From NCBI RefSeq assembly GCF_009914755.1, contig NC_060931.1: DNA of 64,000 nt. One strand, written 5' to 3'. Positions 43,601 through 56,001 of the stretch are shown here, piece after piece (position 1 is the stretch's first letter; each line of letters starts with the position of its first letter). The position numbers and the translations under genes were made by a program. The notes beneath the pieces are model-generated. The model did not search any database. It was not told the DNA's origin and saw only the letters and a program-made list of their open reading frames with translations. The DNA comes from the human T2T-CHM13v2.0 reference genome, Homo sapiens.

Positions 43601-45318
43601 GAATCAATATTATTAAAATGTCTATACTTCCCAAAGCAATCTACAGATTCAATGAAATTCCTAATAAAATATCAATGACATTCTTCAAAGAAATAGAAAG
43701 GGCAACCCTAAAATTTTATGTGGAACCATAAGAGATCCAGAATAGTCACAGTTATCCTGAGCAAAAAGAACAAAACTGGAAGCATCATATTACCTGACTT
43801 CAAATTATACTATAGAGTTATACTAACCAAAACAGCATGGTACTGGCATAAAAACAGAAACATAGATCAGTGGAACAGAATACAGGACCTAGAAATAAAT
43901 CTATACATCTACGGTGAATTCATTTTTGACAAAGGTGCCAAAACACACATTGGGGAAAGGACAGTCTCTTTAGTCAATGGTGCTGGGAAAATTGGATATT
44001 AATATGCCAGAGAATAAAACTAAATCTTTATCTCTCACCATATACAAAAATCAAATCAAAATAGATTAAAGCCTTTAAGATCTCAAAATATAAATCTACT
44101 AAAGGAAAACTTTGGGAAAACTCCCTTGGACACTGGACTGGGCAAAGATTTCTTAAGTAATGCCCCATAAGCACAGGAAACCAAAGCAAAAATGGACAAA
44201 TGGGATCACATTAAGTTAAAAAGCTTCTGTACAGCAAAGGGAACAATCAACAAAGTGAAGAGATGACCCACAGAATGGGAGAACATATTTGCAAACAATC
44301 CTTCTGTCAAGGGATTAATAACCAGAATATAGAAGGAGCTGAAATAACTCTGTAAAAAAAAAATCTAATAATCTGATTAAAAGATGGGCAAAAGATCTTA
44401 ACAGACATTTATCAAAAGAAGAAATCCAAATTGCAAACAGGTATATGAAAAGGTGCTTAACATCATGGATTGTCAGATAAATGCAAATCAAAACTACAAT
44501 AAAATATCATCTTGCCCCAGTTAAGATGGTTTTTATCCAAAAGATAGCCAATAGCAAATGCTTGTGGGATGTGGAGAAAAGGGAACTCTTGTACAATGTT
44601 CATGGGAATGTAAATCAGTACAACCACTATGGAGATCAGTTTGGAAGTTCCTCAAAACTTAAAAATAGAACTACCATATTATCCAGCAATCCCTCTAGTA
44701 GGTATGTACCTGTGCTTGTGGTGTGTCACTCAAGAAATCTTTGTGCAGTCTAACATCCTATGGGTTTTCCTAATGTTTTCCTTTAGCAGCTTCATAGTAA
44801 ACATGGCACATATATACAATGGAGTACTATTCAGCCATTAAAAAGAATGAGATCCTGTCATTTACAACATAGATGGAACTGTAAGTTACTAAGTGAAATA
44901 AGCCAGGCACAGAAAGACAAATTTTGCATGTTCTCACTTATTTGTGAAAGCCAAAAATTAAAACAACTGAACTCATGGAGATACAGAGTAGAATGATGGT
45001 TACCAAAGGCTGGGAAGGGTAATGGTGGGGAGAGGAGTTGGAATGATTAATTGGTACAGGAATATAATGATAGAATGAATAAAATCTAGTATCTGATAGC
45101 AAAGCAGCATGACGACAGTCAACAATAATTTATTGTACATTTTAAAATAACTAAAAGTTTAACTGGATTGTTTGTAACACAAAGTAAGGATAAATGTTTG
45201 AGGTGATGGATATTCCATTTACCCTGATATGATTATTACATACTGTATGCCTATATCAAAATATTTCATATACCTCACAAATATATATACCTACCATGTA
45301 CCTACAAAAATTAAAAAT
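43601..45318 (+). mobile_element. 5'-truncated L1MA2/3-like element (ORF2 C-terminal part plus 3'UTR)
   Basis: ORF peptide [31 protein letters not shown]. The 3' end atacctaccatgtacctacaaaaattaaaaat is typical of L1MA2/3. Confidence 0.92.
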
Positions 45319-45453
45319 GGAGATAAAAGCATACAGATGGAAATGCAATGTAAAATATGTTATATTGTTATGAGAAAAAAGTGAATGGGTTAAACTTCTT
45401 TAACAAGTGTCAAAGACTCTCAGAAACCAAAACTCTTCCAGACTGAGAAGAAA

Positions 45454-45567
45454 ATATACATATATATATTCACATATATATACACATATATATTCACATA
45501 TATATACACATATATATTCACATATATATACACATATATTCACATATATATACACATATATATATTC
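45454..45567. repeat. 24-bp AT-rich minisatellite (CACATATATATACACATATATATT), about 4.5 copies
   Basis: Directly visible; translates as a YSHIYTHI repeat. Confidence 0.9.
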
Positions 45568-45599
45568 ATTCATGTTGTTTTCAAAACATTTAAAATTTG

Positions 45600-45740
45600 G
45601 CAGGGGTGATTAAAAGGTCTTTATCTTGGTTGTGCTGATGGTTTCATAAGTGTATACATGTGGTAAGATTTAAAAAATTATCACCTTTATATATGTGACA
45701 GTTAATGCCTGTTAATTATATCACAACGAAGCTTTTAAAA
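45600..45740 (+). mobile_element. L1ME/MD 3' terminus
   Basis: tatcttggttgtgctgatggtttcataagtgtatacatgtgg...aattatatcacaacgaagc. Confidence 0.65.
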
Positions 45741-46329
45741 CAAAAAAAGGTAAAGTCAACTGCAGAAATTAGTTAAACATGAAGGAATGGTGAACATGCA
45801 AAACTCAAAGTAACTCTATCAGTAAGAAAAATAAGTATTACACGTGACAAGACTTTTTACATTTCTAAAAGTCACAGTCCACAGTGCAGATGCAGAACAC
45901 AGAAAAATGTATGAAAATAAAGCTGTGGCAAATATAAGGACTTTGCTGAAGATTTATTTCCTTTTTGAGATTTATGGAATCAAAACAGCAATTTGTATGA
46001 TTAAATTACTGAGTAACAAAAATGTTATGGACAAAAGTTACAGAATATTTAACGTGGAGATTGCAAATATAAGAGGAAAAGAAAGCAAAACATTTCCTTC
46101 AAATACTTCATTGGTTTGGGAAGGATATAATATTCAGCTGCATCACTATGTCTAATTAAAGATAACCTCAGAAGCAGTAGGAGAATGGGGAAGCCACTGT
46201 ACGTGTGTGTGTATGCATGCATGTGTGTACATATGCATGTGCATATGTGTGCATACAAGCACTAAAGCTGACATTTTGAATTGACGGAGAAAGAATGACG
46301 ATAATTATGCTGGCATAATTGTTCTTTTC

Positions 46330-46900
46330 TCTCACAAGAATCCCAGATTATCAAAAAGGCAAACACTAAATGAAGCCATAAACATATTGGGAAAAAACAC
46401 AGATCAATTATTGTGAATATCTTTTCATGAAAATGGCCTTTCTAAGCATAATACAAGAGGCAAGTACTAAAGAAAAAAACTAATAAATTTGACTATGTAA
46501 AATTTTTAACATTTTTTACAAGAAAACCACCATAAGCAAAATTGAAAAGCAAATGACAAAATAGAGAAAATACGGTGCAACACATATCGCAGAACAATGT
46601 TTAACATTTTTAAAAGAACATTACAAGTGAGAAAAACTTTACTGGTAATAAATGAACAAAGGAATAGGTCACAAACCATAAATATTAAGACCGACAAAAG
46701 TGTTTCTATTCTTTGATTAACATTCTAGCTTTTAGGGATACAGGCTTAAGTGAAAAGCTACACCATTTAAAAAAAAATGCTTCCTATGCAATTTTGTTAA
46801 CAACGTAACTGAAAATTTAAAACAACATAACTGGGTAATGATAGTAATGACAGTAAAAATACGATATATGCATGCAATTGGATCTTATTTCTTTTGAAAA
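46330..46900 (+). mobile_element. Decayed L1ME ORF2 fragment
   Basis: ggcctttctaagcata...aataaatttgactatgtaaaa...caccataagcaaaattgaaaagcaaatgacaaa. Confidence 0.6.
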
Positions 46901-46969
46901 TTATGTTATGGAGTTTTAATTATGTTGTACAATTTCTAATTCAGCATGTCCGCCCTTGCCAAATTATTG

Positions 46970-47290
46970 TACTCAGTGATTAATTCAGAGATAATTCACA
47001 AGGATTGATTCAGACACAGTAATTGATTCAGGGATGGGCTCATGAAGAAAGCCCATGACAGAGAGACCCAGAGCTAGAAATACTGTTGAAACTCTCAAAA
47101 GGAAGCATTTTCTTTCCACTGACATTGGTAATTGTAAAAATCATACAAGTTTGAAGCTTAAATGAGACTGTAGGAACAAACTCGACCCAGAAGGTACATA
47201 GCAAGGTAAAGTGATGGATGCAAAGGCAATGTTCCATTAGAACCTGTATCTAGCCATGCTGGAAATCTGGGGATGGTCCCATAAACCAAT
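46970..47290 (+). mobile_element. Old MLT1-like LTR remnant
   Basis: attgattcagggatgggctcatga...gaacctgtatctagccatgctggaa resembles MLT1K/L/N LTRs. Confidence 0.5.
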
Positions 47291-47568
47291 TCCTTCTTTG
47301 TTTCCTTTCTTCTTTCCTTCTTTTCTTCTTCCCTCCATCCCTCCCCTTCTCCTTCTCTCCATCCTTGGTTTCTTCCCTCCTCCTTTCCCTCCTTCCTTGC
47401 TTTCTGCCCTCCTTTCTTTCCCTCCTTCCTTCCCTTCTTCCTTTCTCTGCTTCCCTTCCTCTTTTTTCCCTTCCTTCCTATCTTCCTTTCTCCTTCCTTC
47501 CTTTCTTTCTCTTTCCTTTCCTCTCTCTTTCTCTCCCTCTTCCCCACATATTCTCTTTCCTTTTTTTG
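47290..47568. repeat. CT-rich polypyrimidine low-complexity tract
   Basis: About 280 bp of almost only C and T (ttcc, ttct, ctcc units). Confidence 0.95.
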
Positions 47569-47642
47569 CCCACAAGTTGCATCCCTGGGACTTGATATGA
47601 AAACATTCTTGATGAATAAAAAGGGCTAAAATGTATTGTCCT

Positions 47643-49357
47643 GAAGCTGGAAGCATTCCCCTTGAACATCAGCACAAAACACGAATGCCTTCTCTCACCA
47701 ATCCTATTCTTGGAAGTTCTGGCCAGAGCAATTTGGCAAGAGAAAGAAAGAAAGGGCATCCAAATAGGAAGAGAGGAAGTAAAACTATCCCTGTTTACAG
47801 ATGACATAATCCTATATCTGTCCATATCTGATCCATAGTTTCAGCCCCAAAGCTTCTTAAGCTGATAAACAACTTCAGCAAAGTCTCAGGATACAAAATC
47901 AGTGTGCAAAAATCACTAGCATTTCTATACATCAACAAAAGTCAAGCCGAAACCAAATCAGAAATGTAATCCTATTCACAACTGCCACAAAAAGAATAAA
48001 ATACCTAGGAATACAGTTAACTAGAGAGAAAGATCTCTATGAGGAGAACCACAAAACACTGCTCAAAGAAATCAGAGATGACACAAACAAATGGAAAAAA
48101 CATTCTACGCTCATGAATAGGTAGAATTAATACCATTAAAATGGCATACTGCCCAAAGCAATTTATAGATTTAATGCTATTTCTATGAAACTATTATTAA
48201 ATTTCTTCACAAAACTAGAAAAACACTATTTTAAAACTCATATGGAACCAAAAAGAGCCCAAATAGCCAAGGCAATACTAAGCAAAAAGAACAAAGCTGG
48301 ATGTGTCACGCTATCTGACTTCAAACTATACTACAAGACTACAGTAACCAAAACAGCATTGTACAGGTACAAAAGCAGTCATATAGACCAACGGAACGGA
48401 ATAGAAGATCCCAGAAATAAGGCCACACATCTACAACTATCTGATACTTAGCAAATCTGCCAAAAACAAGCAATGGGGAAAGGATTCCCTATTCAATAAA
48501 TGGTGCTGGGATAACTAGCTAGCCATATGCAGAAGACTGAAACTGGACTTCTTCCTTACACCATATTCAAAAGCCAACACAAGATGGATTAAAGACTTAA
48601 ATGTAAAACCCCAAACAATAAAAACCCTGGAAGACGACCTAGGCAATACCATTTAGGACACAGGAATGGGCAAAGATTTTATGACAAAGACACCAAAAAC
48701 AGTTGCAACAAAAGCAAAACTTGACAAATGGGATCTAAAGCACTTCTGCACAACAAAGGAAACTATTAACAGAGTGAGCAGACAACCTACAGAATGGGAG
48801 ACAGTTTTGGGAACTATGCATCTAATGAAGATCTAATATGCAGCATCTATAAATAACTTAAACAAATGAACAAGAAAAAAACAAGTAACTTCGTTAAAAC
48901 ATTTGCAAAGGACATGAACAGACAGTTTTCGAAAGAAGAAATACATGTGGTCAACCATCATATGGCAAAAAGCTCAATATCACTAATCAGTAGAGAAATG
49001 CTAATCAAAACCACAATGAGATATCATCTCATAGCAGTCAGAATGGCTATTGTTAAAAAGTCAAAAAATAACAGATGCTGATAACGTAATGGAGAAAAAG
49101 AACACTTACTTATACGCTGTTGGTGGGAGTATAAATTAGTTTAGCCATTGTGGAAGAGAGTGTGGCATTTCCTCAGAGACATATAAACAGAAATACCATT
49201 TGACCCAGAAATGCCATTACTGGGGGTATACATTACAAAAAATATAAATTGCTCTATTATAAAGACATATGCACATGTATGTTCATTGCAGCATTATGTA
49301 CAATAGCAAAGACATGAATCAACCCAAATGCCTATCAATTGACTGGATAAAGAAAAT

Positions 49358-49417
<60 letters not shown>

Positions 49418-49797
49418 ATGGAATACTATGCAGCCATAAAAAATAAAAATGAGATCACATCCTTTCCAGGGACATGAATGGAGCTGGAGGACATTATCCT
49501 TAGCAAATTAACACAGTAACAGAAAACTAAGCACTACATATTCTCACTTATAAGTAGAAGCTAAATGATGAGAACACATGCATACATGGAGGGGAATAAC
49601 ACACACTGGGACTTATCATAGGGTACAGGGTGGGAGGAGGGAGAGGATCAGGAAAAATACCTCATAGGTACTAGACTTAATACTTGGGTGATGAAATAAT
49701 CTGTGTAACAACCCCCCATGAAACAAGTTTACTTATATAACAAACCTGCACATGTACGCCTGAACTTAAAAGTTTAAAAAATTTAAAAAATAATAAT
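47643..49797 (+). mobile_element. 5'-truncated L1PA13-15-like element
   Basis: ORF2 C-terminal remnants and the 3'UTR gagaggatcaggaaaaata...ccccatgaaacaagtttac. TSD aatgtattgtcct (47630) / aatatattgtcct (49798). Confidence 0.92.
49363..49415. repeat. (AT)n microsatellite inside L1
   Basis: Uninterrupted AT run of about 26 units. Confidence 0.95.
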
Positions 49798-50054
49798 AAT
49801 ATATTGTCCTTGTCCTAGTTTATCCCCTCCTTTCAGACCATCACAATCACTTTGCTTTCTAGTTCTTTCAAGTATGGCATCAGTCACATTACCAACATTG
49901 TGTCCTTTGTGAATTTCTAAAGCACCTCTATATTGGTTGGGGATTTTCAAATGTAATCAAATGCTTTTCAATCATATGGTGGACCTAGACATTTTGGGCT
50001 TATAAAGGCATAGTAAGAATTACTAATAGTCAATATTTGTTGACCATTAGTTAA

Positions 50055-50270
50055 TAATTAATAGTTAATATTTATGTTATTTCTGAAAGTATTCTAAGAG
50101 CTTTGCCTAGATTATTTCAGTCTCTAGCTAAACCCCTTGAGGAAGCAAAAATTAGGTCACTTTTACATGAGGAAACTGAGGCATGGAAAGTTTAAATAGC
50201 TTGCTTGCTGTCACACATCTCAGAAATAGCATAACCGGGACTGTAACTCATGGTAGCTGCCTATGAGGTG
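50055..50270 (-). mobile_element. MIR
   Basis: Core ttttacatgaggaaactgaggcatggaaagtttaaatagcttgc...gtcacaca. Confidence 0.8.
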
Positions 50271-50569
50271 CTTACAATATCATTGGGATATATAATATAT
50301 TGTGAACAAGGCACAGAGATGTGTATATTTCAGACTAAGAAGTAGTTAATGAAGCTAATAAAGGAAATTAGAGGTATATAAAACATCATGGAAAAACAGG
50401 AAAATTACAGGCATTATAGGGCACATTTGTGAATTATAATTTGCTCCTCGTAGCTAGAATGTGATATTAGTGAGGAAGTGGCAAATGAGGAGGCTACATA
50501 AATGAGCTGGGGATGCAGGTGGGGATACAGGCAAAAATCAAGTGACTGCTATGAAGACTGATACTGCAG

Positions 50570-50893
50570 TATGATCATGGCTTGCCTACCTGGCTATAAA
50601 ACTACAATCTGCTTTTGGAAAGTGGTCATAGTGCTGGTGTCCTTCCTTCAACAATGCAAAGCCTGAAACTGGAGCAGCTACTTTTTTCACTGTGTAGGAA
50701 GCCATGTGTATGGCAAAAAAGGTAGAGCCTCCATTCCATTCAAGCTTGGGTCCCTGGATAGCTCAGTCAACTAAAACAGAATTTGTCTACCCAAAGCTGT
50801 TAAATGGAAAAGAAATAGCCTTTTTTCTTATGTAAGCTACAGTGTTTGTAGCTTTTTTGGTAGCAGCTTCTTAGCCTATACTCTAATTTATAC
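50570..50893 (+). mobile_element. MLT1I/J-like LTR 3' part
   Basis: ctggagcagc...aagaaatagcc...taagctacagtg...ggtagcagc...ttagcctatactctaatttataca. Confidence 0.55.
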
Positions 50894-51255
50894 AAGGACT
50901 AATCATATTTCTATTAATAGTGTCATTTGGGATCTTCATTTGTTAGACTAAAATTCAATTAAGAATGTCAATACAAAAGCTTTGGTATCAGTTATTAAAT
51001 ATATAAACAAACACTTGATTACTATAATTTTAAGAATGATAAATATGTGGAAAGTGTTGAGAATGCTTTTAAGAGAAAAATTAAATGGAATGTTTTGTAA
51101 ATACATATGATTATCATGAGTAACCTATTTTTTATATATGTTTATTCCACTTTCAAGAGCAACTTAATGAGGATAGAAGTTCAAGAGCAATGCAAAATAA
51201 ATTGATACATAGATAAGTCCAATCATAGACTATCTAAGTGAGTAAAAGGGGATAT

Positions 51256-52390
51256 CTAGGGGGACTTCAAAAATTTGTGAAAAAAAATGGAATTAAAAGA
51301 TGAAAATTAAAAATATAAACTTTACTTCTCAACACATGCTCCATCAAGGTCAAGACACTTTTGTAAAAAATAATATCAGCCAGTTAGTCTATCCTTTAAA
51401 AAACTGCAATTTTTTCTAGGAATTTAACCTTGATAAGGCAATCTTTTTTACCTTATTAACTGAATAAACAGGGGTGCCTTTAAATATTTTTTTAAGATTA
51501 GGAAACAAAAAGAAGCTAGAAGGAGCCAAATCACAGCTTTAAGGTGGATGCAAATGATTTACAATCAATAAAATTGCCCTTGTTTGATGAGAGGAATGAG
51601 CAGGAACACTGTCATGATGGAGAAGGACGCTCTGGTAAAACTTTTCTAGGCAGTTTTCTTCTAAAGCTTTGGTTTTCTCATAATATGTACACATTGTTGT
51701 CCTTTAGCCCTTCAGAAAGTCAACAAGCAAAATGCCTTGAGCATCCCAAAAAACTGTTGCTATGGCCTTTGCTTTTGACTGGCCCACTTTTGCTTTGATT
51801 GAACAACTTTCACCTCTTGGTAGCCATTGTTTTGATTGTGCTTTGTCTTCAGGATTATACTGATAAATCCATGTTTCTTCTTCTGTTACAATTCTTCAAA
51901 GAAATGCTTCAGGATATTTATCTCACTTGTTTAAATTTTCTAATGAAAACTCTGCTTTTGTCTGCTGCCGACTTGGGTGCAAGAGTTTTGACACTCACCT
52001 AGTGGAATGTTTGCTCAACTTTAATGTGTTAGTTAGAATCATGTAAGCTGAACCAATTTATATGTCTATGATGTTGGCTACTGTTTGTGCTGTTAATTGT
52101 TGGTCCTCTTCAATCAGGGCATGAATAAGATGAATTTTTCCTTGCAAATTGATATGGTTGACCTACTGCTGTGGGCTTCACCTTCAACACTGTGTTGTCC
52201 CTTCTTAAAAGGAATCATCAATTTGTAAACTGATTATTTATTTGTGGCATTGTACCCATAAACTTCCATCCAAGTTTCAATATAAATTTAATGTTTTCTT
52301 CTTGCTTCAATTTTAGCAGAATTCATATTGCTCTAATAGAAGCTGTTATCAAACTAATGTCTTATCATTCTTATCATTCTTAGTGCCTTA
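51256..52390 (-). mobile_element. HSMAR2 mariner transposon lacking its 5' terminus
   Basis: Terminal repeat agggggacttcaaaaatttgtgaaaaa at the left end, followed by antisense transposase. Confidence 0.9.
51322..52326 (-). pseudogene. Decayed HSMAR2 transposase
   Basis: The minus strand reads MNSAKIEAR at the start, HPP*SCDLAPSSFFLFPNL (degenerate YSPDLAPSD motif) at 51494-51550, and GACVEK* at the end. Confidence 0.88.
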
Positions 52391-54050
52391 GTGAGAAATT
52401 TAACCCAGCTGCAGAAATTTGCATAAATAATGAAGAACTGAATGTTAATCACCAAGACAATAGGGAAAATGTCTCCAGGGCATGTCAGTTGTAGCAGCCC
52501 CTTCCATCACAGACCCAGAGGCTGAGGAGGAAAAAGTGGTTTTGTGTGCCAGGCCCATGGTCCCCATTGCTGTGTGCAGCCTAGGGACTTGGTGCCCTAC
52601 ATTCCAGCTGCTCCAGCTGTAATGAAAGGGGCCAAAATAGAGCTCGGGCTGTGTTTTCAGAGGCTGCAAGCCTCAAGCCTTGGCAACTTCCAGGTCGTGT
52701 TAAGCCTGCAAGTGCATAGAAATCAAGAACCGAGATTTGGGAACCTCTGCCCAGATTTCAGAAGATGTATGGAAACACCTGGATGCCCAGGCAGAAGTTT
52801 GCTGTACCAATACTGTAAATTGGTACCAGTAGAGTGGGGTGCTGCTGAAAATATACCTGAAAATGTGAAAGCAACTTTGGAACTGGGTAACAGGCTGAGG
52901 TTAGAACAGTTTGGAGGGCTCAGAAGAAGACAGGAATATGTGGGAAAGTTTGGAACTTCCTAGAGACTGGTTGAATGGCTTTGCACAAAATGCTGATAAT
53001 GATATGGACAATGAAATCCAGGCTGAGGTCGTCTCAGATGGAGATGAGATCGTCATGGAGAACCTCTGCTAGGGCAGTACAGAAAGAAAATGTGGGGTGG
53101 AAGTCCCCACACAGAGTATCTACTGGGGCACTGCCTAGTGTAGCTGTGAGAAGAGGGCCACTGTCCTCCTGGCCCCAGAATGACAGATCCACTGACAGCT
53201 TGCACCCTGTGCCTGGAAAAGCCACAGACACTAAACACCAGCCCATAAGAGCACCGGGAAGGAGACTGTACCCTGCAAAGCCACAGGGGCGGAGCTGACC
53301 AAGACCATGGGAACCCACCTCTTGCATCAGTGAGACCCACATATGAGACATGGATTCAAAAGAGATCATTTTGGAGCTTTAAGATTTGACTGACCTGCTA
53401 GATTTTACACTTGCATGGAGCCTGTGGCCCCTCCACTTTGGCCAATTTCTCCCATTCAGGATGGCTGTATTTACCCAATTCCTGTACCCCCATTGTATCT
53501 AGGAAGTAATTAACTTGCTTTGGATTTTACAGGCTCATAGGTAGAAGGGACTTGTCATGTCTTAGATGAGACTTTTGACTGTAGACTTTGAGTTAATGCT
53601 GAAATGAGTTAAGACTTTGGGGGACTATTGGGAAGGCATGATTGGTTTTGAAATGGGAAGACATGAGATTTGGGAGGGTCCAGGGGCAGAATGATATGGT
53701 TTGGCTATGTGCCTCCATTCAAATCTCATCTTGTAGCTCCCATGATTCTCATGTGTTGTTGGAGTAACCCAGTGGGTGGTAATTGAATCATGGGGGCATG
53801 TCTTTCCTGTGCTGTTCTCATGATAGTGAATAAGTCTCATGAGATCTGATGGTTTTATAAAGGGGAGTTTCCCTGCACAATTCTCTTCTCTTATCTGCCC
53901 CAAAGTGAGACGTGCCTTTCACCTGTTGCCATTACTGTGAGTGAGGTCTCCCCAGCCATGCAGAACTGTAAGTCCAATAAACCTCTTTCTTTCGTAAATT
54001 GCCCCGTCTTGGGTATGTCTTTATCAGAAGTGTGAAAATGGACTAATACA
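52391..54050 (+). mobile_element. THE1(B-like) provirus without 5' LTR, internally rearranged; 3' LTR 53692-54050
   Basis: THE1 internal sequence, polypurine tract gggagggtccaggggcagaa and LTR tgatatggtttggct...gactaataca. Confidence 0.9.
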
Positions 54051-55489
54051 GAGGCTAACAAGTAAAAACTAACCAGTATTACTCAAACTTTTTTTCATGT
54101 TGAGAACCATGTTTTCAACATAGCAGTTTACTTTTTTTCAAAGACATTTTTTAGTAGTTAATTTTTTTCCCATCTAATATCAAGAGGTCTTGAAGCTTAA
54201 AGTTAACATTTTATGGTTTAAAAAAAAGCCCAAAAAATCAGAATGGATGATCCCAGATAATGAGATGGGTCAATTCCACTAGAAAGACACTAAATTTAAA
54301 TACTGTCATGAAAAGTATCCACACGTAAAAAGCACCCATCAGTTTCAGTAAGAAATTAAGTTACACTGATGACTGTTCTTCCAGTAAATTTCCAAAATAG
54401 AATTTTTTTTCAATATTTTGGAATTACATACACAGTTCTATAATAGCTTGGTCATTTTAAAACCAATCTGGCAATTGTACTAACATACATAGGTGCATGA
54501 GACACATGCAACACAGTCCTATGACCCAACACTAAATATATTCTTCTCTAAAAGCACAGGAATAACTATTCACAAGCTTAGCCTTTACAAGAATTTTTGT
54601 TTTACTCTAGAAAATCATAAAACATGGGGATCATTTAACTTACAAAATTGCATGTATCCCTTTGCTTTTCATTTCAGGATATATCTTTAATAAAAACATA
54701 AAAATTATGGGGATTCAGAGCAGCACAATGAGTGAATAAACAAAGAATTAACATATGAGTAATCTTAATGGAATTAAAACAAGTATACTTTATTGAGTAA
54801 TGACAAGGACAGAATTAAAGTGTGACAATTGTCTGCAAATATCAGGATGGTTCCCAAGGAAGGATAAGTTCTTTTGCCTACCTTGAGCAAATCTATCTTT
54901 GGACAACATCACCAAAATATAATAGAAGATTATTCTAAAAGGTACTACATTTTTTAAATGTGAAATAGTAATAATTTGAAAAGATAGGGTAATCTGGTTA
55001 AGAATTAAAATTATACTAGGTGGAGGGTTAAATAATAAATGTATTCATTTTCCTATGACTATAGTTTTAACTCTCATAGTAATAATTTAAACTCTAAACT
55101 CTCATTATCTGAATATGAATCTATCACCAGGATCTTTTTAATAGTAAAGAAATTTCTGTGAATTTAAAAGAATTTTGTTGCATGAAATTTAGAGAGAAAC
55201 TAAAGAATTTTAAATGGAAATATTCTACAGAAAAAAATAAGAATTTTATTTTTGAAAGTGGAAACCATGTTTGGCACTGTAGCTCATTACTGATGACAAA
55301 TGAATCATAATTAAATTAGTGATAAATCACCAACTGACTTCTATTTGAGTCATGTAGAATATGTCAATTTTTTTTAAATCTTCAACAAAATTGAAACTTT
55401 GAAAGAATATGCAGGAGTCTACACTTTTGAATAACTACATTTTAAGACATGTTGCAATAAAGTATTTTCATGTGCGGGAGAATAAAAAT

Positions 55490-55722
55490 GGTGAACATCA
55501 CCTACCATATATTAGCCTCTGATCTTGAGCACTTCACAGAGGTAACTCATTTTGTGCTCCCAGCAACCTTAAGAGACAGCTGCTTATTATTATAATTTTA
55601 TATATAAGCACATTGAGACAAAGGAAAGTTGAGTAACTTTCTAAAAGATATAGGAAGAGTCACAGTTAGGATTTATATCTTGCAACTGGGTTCTGGTTCC
55701 TAAATGCTCAACCCACTATATC
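55490..55722 (-). mobile_element. MIR
   Basis: aactcattttgtgctcccagcaacctt...gagacaaaggaaagttgagtaactttctaaaag. Confidence 0.7.
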
Positions 55723-56001
55723 AAACTATATCTTAACAGAATAACTAGAGCCAAATTTACTTTGGACTACCATCAAAATTGAATTCCCATTTAAGTAATT
55801 AGACTAAAAACTTTCTGTGAGAAAGTGATGGTATTAGATTGACATTACCTTTTGTCTTTCTGAATGTCATCCGTAGCCAATGAGAAAAATTATACACAGA
55901 AAAACTAGCCTTGATAAATTCAAGCCCTAGACACAAACCAGACTGTGGCTTTTGTGACACAAAACCAAAATTCCATATATGTGGTGGCAGTAATTCAATG
56001 C

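Noticed and set aside
47158-47656. Lys/Glu/Arg-rich and Phe/Pro/Ser-rich ORFs
   Set aside because: Artefacts of the CT-rich tract, which lacks stop codons.
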